A stretch of DNA of 64,000 nt, taken from NCBI GenBank assembly GCA_051362555.1, contig CM120642.1, forward strand, positions 8,432,001 through 8,496,000, written 5' to 3'. The DNA comes from Lingula anatina (taxonomy: Eukaryota; Animalia; Brachiopoda). This document shows, piece after piece, positions 13,301 to 23,628 of this stretch. Position 1 is the first letter of the stretch. Every line of letters starts with the position of its first letter. Made by a program: the position numbers and the translations under genes. The notes under the pieces are model-generated. The model was given only the letters and a program-made list of their open reading frames with translations, ran no database searches and was not told the DNA's origin.

Positions 13301-16300
13301 ATTTTGAATAATTGCGGTAATGCCATATATATATATCCCGTTTTCCTGTTGGAGTTAATTAACATGCAAGTGCGCCAACATCGTTTGTGTACAAATGTTT
13401 TGCGAAAATGTTCAAAACATCCTTTGTATTGCATTACATTTGGAATCAATTATATATCGTCAAGATTACATAATTACCGGAGTCATTGACTTAAATCAAT
13501 GACTCTTTTACTTGTTTTGTTAGCAACCAAACATGTCATTCTAGAAATACATATTGAAACATGAAGGTGCTATAATTGTATACCATTTTCTCCTTTTGGT
13601 CTTAAGCATCCACACAGATAGACCCGCATTTATTTTGCAGATGACGACAACGATGGTTTAATTGACGAAGACGTGGTCAACCACGGGCAGGTGTGAATAG
13701 GCCAAGTGTGGAATTGTGTGGCAGTGCACTGCCCATTGGTTTTGCTCCAGTTAATTTTAATCTAATATCAACTTGTATACCGGTTCCTTGTTTTATAACA
13801 CATTTGTACTTATTGGAAATGTAAAAAAAGAAGTAATATATTATGCTAGAGTAAACTAATATGATAATGTTGTCACTAGTTTACAGATTATGATGCTGGC
13901 AGATGCTTAAAATGTACATTTTCTCTTTCAAACATGTTTCCGGTAGCCACTACAAGAAGTACCACCCTGTAGGTGAAAGTAGTTTTATTTATCCTTAATG
14001 CTTAGTTTTGGTATTAAATTGTGTCAAATCTCCTTATTATGCACACCTTGTTTGGTGTGGTGAAACATTTTAATGATACTTACGATTAATTTATTAAATA
14101 CTTTTTAATGGAACTGAATAAATAACGCTCAGCTGAGAACCAGATTTATGTACTGTATGCTCATTAATCCCAATGTTTTAACAGGGCAAATTACCTGCAC
14201 CCGCACAAGCAGAGGCATGTTAATGAGCCTGCTATACGACTCCGGAACAAATTGGTCCATCATGAAAGCGGCCGGGATGTCATTAAAGCAGTGCCTTTTT
14301 AATCGCCATTTTCCTTATGGAACTGAATTTAGGAGAGATATTTTGTTGGACGACCAGGCTGACAGGGATGCCTGCGGAGTATCTGTGGTAAAATTTTTAA
14401 AACAATGTATTGACCGTACTATTGCCAACTGCTTTGATTAAATCTTCGGTATTTAGAAGGGCGAGGGCAAAATGTTAAAACCGTAAAAAGAAATCACTGG
14501 GAAATATGTTACAATGTTTCCTAATAAATGTTAATTTATTATCCCCCTTTGACTTCTTGATGACGTAAAAAAGAGTGTGCGACTAGATAATTGCAACATG
14601 AAAGTGACTGTTCCATTCACTGGTCTAGGGAGTTAATCTTCATTAAATCATAGGAGAAAGAAGAGGATTCGTTGGTCTACTTAATAAACGTGATTGCCCA
14701 GAAGGACCCGGATGTTGTTGCCATTGGAGACCATAGTTACGTAGTGAGCTGTATTTTCCCTCCTGACGACTCCTCTAGGGTCATAGCCACAGCTTCAGAG
14801 GTTGGTATGTAAGTATTCCCTCACGTTTCTATACTGTCAATCAGTTTAATGTGCCTGGTGGTTTAAAGTGTGTCCACTCACTAATAGGTATAAACTGCAG
14901 TCCATCATGCCTGTCAAAAATCATACTACATGTAGTAGGTACCCAGTATAAACTGCAGTACATCATCTTTCCGCAATCATACTAGTAGAACTCTTGCAAT
15001 CACTAAATTAATGAAACTCGGGATGCAAACACATTCTTTTTTACGATATATGTCGGCACTGGACACATTGTCAAAACACAATCAATATTGATCTTTTTCC
15101 CCAATTTGACTTTTCTTGATGATACATTCTTACATTATTATATTCCCATGTCACCTTTACTAAAACACCTAACAGAAATATTAGATCATATTAGATAAAA
15201 CTTAAATCCTTGTTTGTTCATCTACATGGTATCTTATAGTTTCATAAAAAATATCTTCTAGAAACCCTTTATCGGTGAGAGGCGCCAGTGGACGTATAGG
15301 CAGTGAACAGGCTGCAATTATTTTGAATATACGAAAACAAGACAAGAACGACGAGAGTTTAAGACCAGATGAAGATGTTGGTGTCGGTAGTAGGATTCGT
15401 CTGGAAGTAACTTTGGTCAGTAGTGGAGGTGAGCTCGGACCGATTCCTCTCTTTTAAAACTATTTTTTAATCTCTATAGTGCTCGAACCAAAATGCTTAC
15501 TGTTTCATAGCAGATAGTTGCTTTATTTTTGTGAACTGCAGTAGACCAAAAATCCCTGTCATAAAGTGTTGACCAACATTCGGCAAAGATTTATTCAGAA
15601 AATAGTTGAAACGTTAAAAGTATACCAGCTCTTCTTATTCATGAGATTCAAAATTCCACAATAAATAAATACACTGCAAACAAGTTACAACACATGGAAA
15701 CATAAATTCCCTCTTACTAAAACGGCGGTTAACGCAATTATTCTGAATCTTTGTTGCCATCGGTCCATGTGACCCTAGATGGCTACCCTCAGAAATAATA
15801 TCTTAGAGATTTTTATAAAATGAGCGTACATTAAAAACGATCGACGGACTTTGAATGTGGGAACGGATACACCAACCATTGGAAAGTATGGGATAATCGT
15901 TCTATACCCCTGAAAAATCCATTTCATCGTACTTTTTGCCAAAATGAAGGGTTTTTAACCCTTTCAGCAACATTTGCTACGTCAAGGGTAACTTTGTTTA
16001 ATTTCGACGTTTCAGTGTTTCAAGGAATACGTGTAGCGAATTGCACTGCTTATCCGACTGACACTTACAGCGAGACGGAGAAGCGGACAGTTACAGATCA
16101 GAATGGGTAAGGCGTAGGCCTATACATATAGATTTCCACATTATTTGGCGTGTTATGTCGTTGTTGTATTGAAGTTCAGTGGCAGATAAGTGTTCAATTT
16201 CAGTATATGGTGGTGTATTTTCTATTGTTGTAGGTGTGGAGATGGCCTCGTCATTGACCAAGGCGAAGGATTCATGCCACTAGAACAAAGTTCTACAAGA

Positions 16301-17353
16301 GCAGCGTCACCGTATTTCCCAGCATTCAAGTTCAATGATCACGAGGTCGTGTTTTTCAAGTGTGTTGTCCTACTTTGTGTGTTCCCCGGTGCCCCTTTTT
16401 GCACAATGGTAAGTTCCATAGAATTCCGAAGTTTCTGTCTCATAATTTGAAGCGTTAATTTTACAATCTTGCTATCAATCTAGCGCTTTTAGCTCATACA
16501 TGTAACACATGCAGAGTACTAGCAACATCGAATTCTCTTTAATATTTTTGGCATATTTAATAATGATAATATATTTTGCCAAAGGTCAAAATTATGAGGT
16601 CCGTACCTGAATACATTTTCTTATATAGCCCCATTGTCACGACCCGAACGAAATCCCAGAGAAATGGCCTAACTACCAACACTTGCTGTATAAAGACTAT
16701 CGGCGAAAGAGGAGGTCGGAAAAAGTCCTGCCAGACCTTGACACTTCCATTACAGCATCTGCATGGATGACGGTTCGAGAAAAGCTAAGTAAGCCGTATA
16801 CCTGGAGAAAGTTTTACTTTTTGTTTGTTTGTTTGTTTGTTTGTTTGTGCGTTAGGTTAGGTCGAGATTTCTCTTTGTCTGGTTGAACATTGTATGGCAT
16901 ATTTGATGCCATTTTGTTGGTTTACATGTGTGATGGTTTATCACAGAAAGCAGGGGTTAGATGTTATTGCTTTGAGTGGCTTTAGGAAAATTTCATCTCT
17001 GATAGCTGTTTTGTTATTGGCATTTATCCTGTTTTTCATAATTCAGTTTAACCTGTATGCACATGTCTTTTTCTTTTTCAGATAAACCGCACGCCCTTCC
17101 TTCTAAGAGCGACAACGGGTCTTTGTCAGAGGGTCCAAACCTGAATGCTGGACGCCTATTTAAAGAGTGCAGCGTATACAGTATCAACTTCTTTTCCACC
17201 GTTGTGGTAATATTATTTGTAGTCTTGGTGTTTGCCCTAACGGTGTCGTCTCTTATTGTGCGAATACGGAAATATGAAATGAGAGGGAGACGATATGTAG
17301 AGAGTTTTAGGTGGGATCGCAGTTCTCGAGACCGTATCCGTTGTGTAAGGTAG
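1218..17353 (+). CDS. Gene A: multi-exon mosaic membrane protein (SP-CTL-Sushi-CTL[LamG insert]-Caspr-type FBG-PPC-like-EB-EB-IgGFc-binding-acidic Ca motifs-ZP-furin-TM), ~2023 aa
   Basis: Hand-spliced GT-AG exons with consistent phases: 1218-1317, 2339-2504, 2706-2812, 3228-3315, 3869-3939, 4129-4326, 4636-4755, 5017-5250, 5555-6208, 6423-6635, 6864-7165, 7711-7865, 8102-8256, 8643-9056, 9327-9458, 9838-9969, 10766-10876, 11274-12610, 12933-13020, 13641-13690, 13947-13968, 14185-14387, 14654-14808, 15262-15428, 16016-16106, 16234-16408, 16629-16788, 17082-17353. Total 6072 nt, in frame. Most exons have a counterpart of matching phase in paralogue B. Confidence 0.85.
2339..4326 (+). CDS. Gene A C-type lectin domain 1 (4 exons) and Sushi/CCP-like exon
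   Basis: CTL: CP..C..W.A..EC..CGHL, LWIGG, RWVDG, C...DC..KHPFIC. Sushi-like: CKRGHIFPDG...W...PPCI. Confidence 0.75.
3419..3706. mobile_element. Foldback MITE (Tourist/PIF-Harbinger-like) in a gene A intron
   Basis: About 100-bp imperfect inverted arms (GGCCCCATTTAGAATGGATGA... / ...TCATCCATTCTGAATAGGGCC), flanked by TAA and CAA. Confidence 0.75.
5017..6635 (+). CDS. Gene A C-type lectin domain 2, split into two halves (5017-5250 and 6423-6635)
   Basis: N-half: CPPGY..SCYK..WSDAQNVCSQDGGHLVSLES..E. C-half: LWIGA..FRWTSG..C..VDC..FICE. Confidence 0.85.
5555..6208 (+). CDS. Gene A laminin-G/concanavalin-A-like (pentraxin-like) domain exon
   Basis: ORF 5554..6270: GLWKL..SDLSGQGFHG..G.NG..GAIEF, WTSLALTYD, GN...FQIYDRAL. 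654-nt phase 1-1 exon. Confidence 0.75.
6864..8256 (+). CDS. Gene A Caspr/neurexin-IV-type fibrinogen-like domain (3 exons)
   Basis: RTCE..P..LPPFTVTC..Y..L..S.QCRQYVQAHC..YWW...WGGA..CAC...C...CHCD....DSGFL....LPL matches the pattern of the CNTNAP fibrinogen-like region as I recall it. Confidence 0.7.
8643..9056 (+). CDS. Gene A PPC-like (pre-peptidase C-terminal-like) beta-sandwich exon
   Basis: GDVIYSF..IIIDL..FD..LY..SDDDGDSLNPRI..L.G.HTYYIVVSG. Phase 1-1 exon. Confidence 0.55.
9327..10876 (+). CDS. Gene A two EB/EGF-like Cys modules plus Cys-rich linker (3 exons)
   Basis: C.TD.AC...S.C...RCECRPGF; GMDCNNDLDC...GSTC...CTC..WY...C; PCMCACD..G.C...CHC. Confidence 0.7.
11274..12610 (+). 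CDS. Gene A IgGFc-binding (FCGBP N-terminal-like) domain exon
   Basis: ORF 11297..12634: DNAGKMF, GGYLAIPVDAWGQEY, L.RYQTF, IVSDKPVG..CG, DMMIEMMPP..TWG..Y, LYG....YAFAVG. Confidence 0.85.
12933..13690 (+). CDS. Gene A acidic putative Ca/metal-binding motifs
   Basis: GDLVDNDCDGSVDEEVVNGLDDDNDGLIDED, encoded across 88-nt and 50-nt exons. Confidence 0.75.
14185..17353 (+). CDS. Gene A zona pellucida (ZP) module, furin site and transmembrane helix
   Basis: ZP-N has 4 Cys (ITC..C..CG..YVVSC). ZP-C: VG.RI.L, I.V.NC.A, D.NGC, F.AFKF..V.FKC.V.LC. Then RRKRR, the hydrophobic helix FFSTVVVILFVVLVFALTVSSLIV and a basic tail. Confidence 0.85.
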
Positions 17354-19161
17354 CCATGACATAATTGGGAAAAGAGATCATTCCGTTTGTTAAACATGTG
17401 TTATCTGAATTCGCCCTTCAAACCATGAAAATTGATTTTTGATTAAAAAAAGGTATTTGAAATGATCCACATATTTATATAGATTTACAAATATATCTTG
17501 TGTCCCTGTTGTTTAAAGCACACTTCGCCGATTTTGAAGCTTAATTTTAAAGTTTGATGCAATTTGTGATATTATATCTATCAAGACTGCAGGGATTCTA
17601 TGAAATTGCACAAAGGCCAAATTCCATACATATATATTTTTTTTCATAAAAAGTTATTTGTATTATAAACATATTTTTGGCAGAAAAACTGAATTATACA
17701 CAAATGCCACGTACAATTTAAATAAATATTAATATTTCACACTTATTATTTAGTTTGTTTAGAAGCCACAGTTCAATGGGCTATATCTGAAGATTTTATT
17801 TTCAAGATGGACCACGAGTATTTCCAGACCTGTATGTTTTAATGACTCGGTGGAGACCCACATATAGTACCGGTACATACTGCATGTATTCTTGATCTAG
17901 GTCTCACACTTTTGGTATCCAAACGTACATGTTACAAAAAATTACCTTTCAATAAAGTTGAAGGTTTACCAACTTTGTGATAAACCTAATAACAATGGCA
18001 GATTCAGGGAGGAGACAGCATGCACCTGTCCACGTATTGCTCATTAAACTTTGGAGTTAATCCTTCCACCGCCTCCTCAAAAACGACAGTATGCCTGTCA
18101 CTATACTGAGATACATCTGTGAAACGATATAATTTTTCAAGCCCTTCGTTCAATATACTAATCTTTTTTATCACTCTTCTCGTTTTTTAAACCATGGCTC
18201 CTCCGGCACTGCCGAACTTAATAATACGGCGACAATATAAAGTGAGAAACTGTTAAACCAGTGTTCGATTGGCCAAAAAGTATGCTTCGTTAAGGTGATT
18301 TATAACCACAAACTATTCTCTTCTTTTTATGCAAGCCACTCAAGCAAGCCTGTCTCACGTACGGCACTTATAATCGATTCAAAGAGCCATAAAATAATTA
18401 AATGAATGAAAAGATTAAGGGATCAATTCACCACTTAGAATTTGTATCTTTACAACAGCAATCCATTTAGAATCTTAAGATTATACGGCTAAAGATTTTT
18501 TGCCAATTTTTTCGTGAACGGTTATATAACACGTATTGATTTAATGCGTTAAATACAATAATTTAATTTACAAACATTGCATTTAAATGCATCCCATATA
18601 CGCAACATTGGACAGAATTTATGTGTGTTGCATCTTCCACAGTGCTTACCCCATTTGGAACAGCTTCACTTCTCCTTATTGTACATTTTAAGGGCTTATT
18701 TTTAAATACTAAAAAACGAACAGAAATAAGCAAACTAAAGATCTTATTGTTGGGAGAACCGGACAACAAAGTATGTACAAACCAAGGCAAACTGTTATAT
18801 TTCGTCCACGTGGTTTTCATATTATGAGACTTCAATTTTGATTCACAGTCGTACTGGTGAGAAAAATCACCCGTGGCAGTAAATGTTTAAATGGACGAAA
18901 CTGCTTTCAAATCGGGTTTTTGATAGCGTATATACATTGTACTGGCACCTTTATGATGTTTGAAGGCAAATTTAAATATGATATTACTTATGAAATGAAA
19001 TAAATTGGCCAAAAAACATCTTTATTATTATCATTTCCTAAAGAATGAAGCAGCTAAAGATAACTCTTTGCAACCCCACAAACGAAATTTGTGCCAAATT
19101 GTTTGTAATAAATATTAACCTTTATTGACTCGTCACATCATAAATTTTAGGATGAGGACTC

Positions 19162-19162
<1 letters not shown>

Positions 19163-19222
<60 letters not shown>
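19163..19222. repeat. (TA)n microsatellite
   Basis: Perfect TA run bordering the Penelope-like element. Confidence 0.95.
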
Positions 19223-19229
<7 letters not shown>

Positions 19230-19298
19230 TGAAAACGTTTTTCCTGTACGAGTAATATTATATATAATAAAAGAAAAAGAAGAACAGCAACTTTCTTG

Positions 19299-19328
19299 CC
19301 CCGACCGGTTTCTTTCTTTCTTCAGGGG
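19299..19328 (-). ncRNA. Minimal hammerhead-ribozyme-like motif in the Penelope 3' repeat
   Basis: CCC-CTGAAGA-AAGAAA-GAAA-CCGG-TC-GGG has the core boxes and a palindromic ACCGGT helix III. Helix II cannot pair. Confidence 0.5.
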
Positions 19329-19602
19329 TTTTTTGTTTATTTGTTACTAGGTGATGTCATAAAGGCTTAAATGTGACGTCTTTAACAATGAGTGTTTAAT
19401 TGTTACTTTTACCAATGCTTTTATCTATTCAATGTAGGTTTATACTTATTAATGAATAGATTTTCTTTTATTTCCCTTTCTGTTTGGGTTGTTTCCCTGG
19501 TGAATTTATAAAATGGGAATACCGTAAAATCCTTGTTTTTGTTCATAGAGCATTCCCTAATGTGCCCACTCACAGACGTGCACTGATATTTAGGTTGTCT
19601 TA

Positions 19603-22012
19603 AGGCTGGGTCACACTGCGCTTGCAACCTTTTGGCAACCTCTTTGCAACCACAAAATCTGGTGGTCGCTTGCGATCACTTTGCGACCTAATTTGCATAT
19701 TTTGATCGGCAAGCAGTTGCTAACCGGTTGCAACAAGGTTACAGTATGGTATCTGCAACCTCTTACAGACAATCTTCAAGTCAGAGGTTACCAGTCGCAC
19801 ACCGTTAGGCGAGCGATAAACAACCTGTCAGCAACCACTTGGAGACTGAAAACCGGTTGCAGGACTGTAGCGATCGCTTGCCAACTGGTAGCAGCAAGGT
19901 TGCACAGACTATATATATTTTATAAGTTGTGACGATAGCTGCCTTCTCGTAAATTTCCCTCTCGGATGACAACAGAGGGAATATTTTAAACATTATACAA
20001 CGATTGGATCCGTTCCGTAGCAGCTTCAAATGATTTAATATTTTGAATATTAAAGTATGATTCTGCTATGAGATTCTGTTATAACGTCACAGTCGATTTC
20101 TGTACTACCAATATTGTCAAACTTACAATAATAAATAAGAAATATATTTGTACTATATATTGGCATTTATATCAAACCAGTGGTGTAATAAAACACATAT
20201 TTGGATGTTTTTTCAGCCTTATTAATGTAATAATAGGCATGCATAGTTTCTTTTTTCAATACTTGGTATCTTTGAGGTCGCAAGGCCTGTGCAGTTACGG
20301 TCACACTGAACATAAAACCTCCTTGCGACTTGCAACTGTCACCGGTTGCAGAAAGGTGGGCGACAAGTTGCAACAACTCGCAAAGTGGTCTCCAAATGAA
20401 CGCTGGGTTACTATCCGGTCGCGCCGGTTTTCGGTGCAGCACCGAAAACCTCCTGGCGACCGAAAAGCCTATTTGTGGTATCCAACCGGTTGCTAAAAGG
20501 TCGCCGACTGCTTAGCAACTGATTTGCGACCGATTGTGTGGTTTTCCCTTTGTCTTTGTAGCCCCAAGCGTTACACTTACAATACAACATCTTTAAATAG
20601 TGAAGGATCCTGCGCGTCATCAATTTGTTTCCGTCCTTGTGGTACGAATTCTAAGTACTGGGAGGAAGTTAATTTGTATTTATTTGACCTTCTTTATATT
20701 GGTGACACTGTTTTACTGTTATAAAAATGCCTGACAATTAAATTTATTGTAAAAAGTATGAATCAAACTTTGCTATTTACTTTTTTTCTCTGCGCCCGCC
20801 TATTTGCTTAATTTTTCTTCCATTGTGACTTGGCAAATTATGACTTGGCAAATTAAAAAGTAAGATATTTCCGGCTGCTTTAGTCATTAAAAATGTTTCC
20901 AGTAGATTTGACAACAATAGTTGTCAAAAATTAGCCATGATATAGGAATGGATAAAAAGATAACAGTTTATCGTTTACATTGTGATAATCATTATTGATT
21001 GTTTTGGCACTTTATTTGATTTGTTTTTAAAGTCTTTCAATTGTTGGTTATAGAAAAACTCGTTTTCCTTAAAAAAAATCAACTAATTCTTCTTCCTCTT
21101 TAATAGTAAATTTAGGCTCCCTGTCTCCTCCGCGTTCATCATCTTTCGGTTGATCCTCTTCGTGGGAAGCAGAGTCTGTGTTGGAACTTTGTGAAGAACT
21201 TTCTTCACGGGCATTTGCTTTCTCAAAATACATTCTGGCCACCCTTCCCACGCTGTTGGATGACATACTGGGGACTGAAGACACGGGCTCAGCGGCTTCT
21301 ATTTACAACACTTTTAGTCAAGTATGGTGGCTGATAGGGACTCATACATTTATTTATTTTATTGAAAAAAAATACTTATGAAAACCTTGTAAATAAATTT
21401 AAAAGGATGACAACAAATACAATCTACGTTTTAATTGAGAAATAACGATTTTTGTCAAGGTATTTAGAAAGCCTTAATGGCATGATATAAATGAAAAATA
21501 TATTTATATATTTAGTGGCCACCATCCTACGCTTATTTTATCACGGTTGCTTGCGACCTTCTCGCGACATGTTTTCGAGTGCATGCGAGCTGTAAGAAAC
21601 CTGTTAGAGACCAAGCGACTAAAGACCGTTAATCGACCATGAAGTTTCAACTGCAACCTCCTTGCGACCTGCTGCCCACCGCTTGCAACCGGTTAGTAAC
21701 CTGTTTGCAACTAAGCGACTAAAGACCGTCAATCGACCGTGCAGTTACAGATGGTATGCGACTGGTTTTAGTCTGGTTACAGCGACCTACTGGCAACCAA
21801 GAGGAGACCTATAGGCAACCTCTCAGTTACCAATCGTTTTCATTATCAGTCGCACTGGTTGTCGGTGCCAAAAAAATGGCCTTCGTGTGTCAACGATCGC
21901 AGGCGACCTGTTTGCAACCTAATGCGACCACTTTAAAACCTAGGGCAACCTCCTTGCGACTGAGGTTGCAAAGAGGTTGCCAAAAGGTTGCAAGCGCAGT
22001 GTGACCCAGCCT
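19603..22012. mobile_element. Non-autonomous PIF/Harbinger-type DNA transposon, 2.4 kb
   Basis: About 47-bp TIRs AGGCTGGGTCACACTGCGCTTGCAACCTTTTGGCAACCTCTTTGCAACC, a TTA target duplication (19600-19602 and 22013-22015), and dense subterminal GCAACC/GCGACC motifs. Confidence 0.85.
20980..21284 (-). pseudogene. Frameshifted Myb/SANT (MADF)-like ORF remnant inside the Harbinger element
   Basis: FTIKEEEELVDFF, then after a slip in a poly-T run KENEFFYNQQLKDFKNK. Harbinger elements encode a Myb/SANT partner protein. Confidence 0.5.
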
Positions 22013-23172
22013 TTATTTGTTGTCTGTGAACGGTCATTCTATGTCGGAGAGTGTCTCCAGTTTGTCCTATATAGTTCTCACCGCATCCACTGCAAGTTAA
22101 TACATAGATTAAATTTGAGCTGGTGCAGGTGAATGGGTGTTTGATTCTGAATGTAAGTCCATTTTTAAATGTTATATGGCTCCTCTCTTTAATTAGTGGA
22201 CAGGTGCCACACCTGGGTACCTCACATTTCTGTACTCGTATTGTTGAGGTTTCCACATATGTCCTGGAATTGTTTTCAAATTTTGCTTTTGTTAAAATTT
22301 GCTTTAGTGATGGACTTTGTCTCTTACTCTTTATAATCTGCATTTCGGTTAGTATCTCATTCATTTTGTCATCTTGTTTTACCAAAGGTAAGTTTCCAGT
22401 TATGACCTTATGTATTTCCGGATTTTTTGGATTATATGTTGATATGTACGGTATGGCTTCCTTTTTAATTTTAATTTTGTCTTTGGTGGTCCTCAGGTCG
22501 TTCTTCGGTATCTGTTTTGCCTTTTTAATCCCAGTTTGTATCAGTTGTCTTGGGTATTGTCTCCTTAATAGGAATCCTTCCAGCTCTTTGAGCCTTTGTT
22601 TTAATGTGGTTTCATTTGAGACAATTGTGCATAGTCTTCGAGCTAGATTGTATGGTATGTTGTGCTTAATGTGCCTGGGATGACACGAGTTAAAAGGGAG
22701 ATATTGTTTTGTGTCTGTTGTTTTGTAATACACATCTGTCTCAATTTTTCCTTTTACACTCATTACCATAACATCGAGGAATGGGAGTTGTGTTGAACTT
22801 GAATCCATCGTAAAATGTAAAGAGGGATGTAGGTTGTTGAGGATCAGGTTGAAATCTTCCAATTCATTTTCTGTTTTGTCCCAAATTATAAAACAGTCAT
22901 CAAGGAAACGTTTCCATGTGTTTTCTAATTGATTCCTAAATTCGACTCCAAACCGTTCTTCGCATCTTTTGTAAAGGCCTTTTTCGATGTATCCTAAGTA
23001 GACAAGTGTAGTGTAAGTGGGGGCTACTTTTGTACCCATTGCAGTTCCTATTTTTTGGCGGTAATGTTTGCCGTTGAAGTGGAAAGAATTGTTTGTCAAG
23101 ATTGTCACTCATTGTTAAAGACGTCACATTTAAGCCTTTATGACATCACCTAGTAACAAATAAACAAAAAAA

Positions 23173-23201
23173 CCCTGAAGAAAGAAAGAAACCGGTCGGG
23201 G
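23173..23201 (+). ncRNA. Second hammerhead-like motif in the inverted Penelope repeat
   Basis: CC-CTGAAGA-AAGAAA-GAAA-CCGG-TC-GGGG. Confidence 0.45.
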
Positions 23202-23227
23202 CAAGAAAGTTGCTGTTCTTCTTTTTC

Positions 23228-23231
<4 letters not shown>

Positions 23232-23286
<55 letters not shown>
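23232..23286. repeat. (TA)n microsatellite at the left boundary of duplication unit B1
   Basis: Perfect TA run. Confidence 0.95.
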
Positions 23287-23288
<2 letters not shown>

Positions 23289-23628
23289 TAAAGCCATGAC
23301 ATTTAATAGGGCAACAATTTGTTACATTGTTAAAATTGTTATAAATCTCGAACAAATAATTTATTATTGATATTCTTTATTGCCTTCTTTATTGTTGTGA
23401 AAAGGACTATGAAAGTTTGTGGTACATTGGGATGGAGGAGAAATGAAACGGCTTTAGAAAGATCTAAATCTAACTGATACGGCTTTAAACAGAGGATAAC
23501 GAACAAAAACAAGTTTTATAAATATCTTTATATCACATTGTTGTATAATTTACGACTGTTGATGGATCCAACAAACAAACATATGATTCGTAGTATATTC
23601 GTTGCCAATTATCGGCTCATTCGAACAT

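Larger units (their letters stand above)
19421..23105 (-). pseudogene. Penelope-like RT/GIY-YIG ORF (parts 22013-23105 and 19421-19602)
   Basis: Removing the 19603-22012 insertion and one TTA restores the frame: HRQQI|RQPKYQC...HI...E..FI.KYKPTLNR*. Confidence 0.85.
19223..23230 (-). mobile_element. Penelope-like retroelement, 5'-truncated, with inverted terminal repeat, interrupted by a DNA transposon
   Basis: RT C-terminal part (GTAMG, RFLDD, LPFLDV, YYKTTD...SCHP) plus GIY-YIG (NLIY...C..C...YIGQT..L..R). The 3' UTR at 19268-19394 recurs inverted at 23106-23230. Confidence 0.9.

Noticed and set aside
17500-19150. Possible old DNA-transposon remnants downstream of gene A
   Set aside because: I could not identify matching TIRs or a target duplication by eye.
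19681-20724. Several 60-140 aa ORFs in the transposon's left arm
   Set aside because: They arise from repetitive subterminal motifs and show no transposase (DDE) signature.
22123-22683. 186-aa plus-strand ORF
   Set aside because: Antisense shadow of the Penelope ORF.
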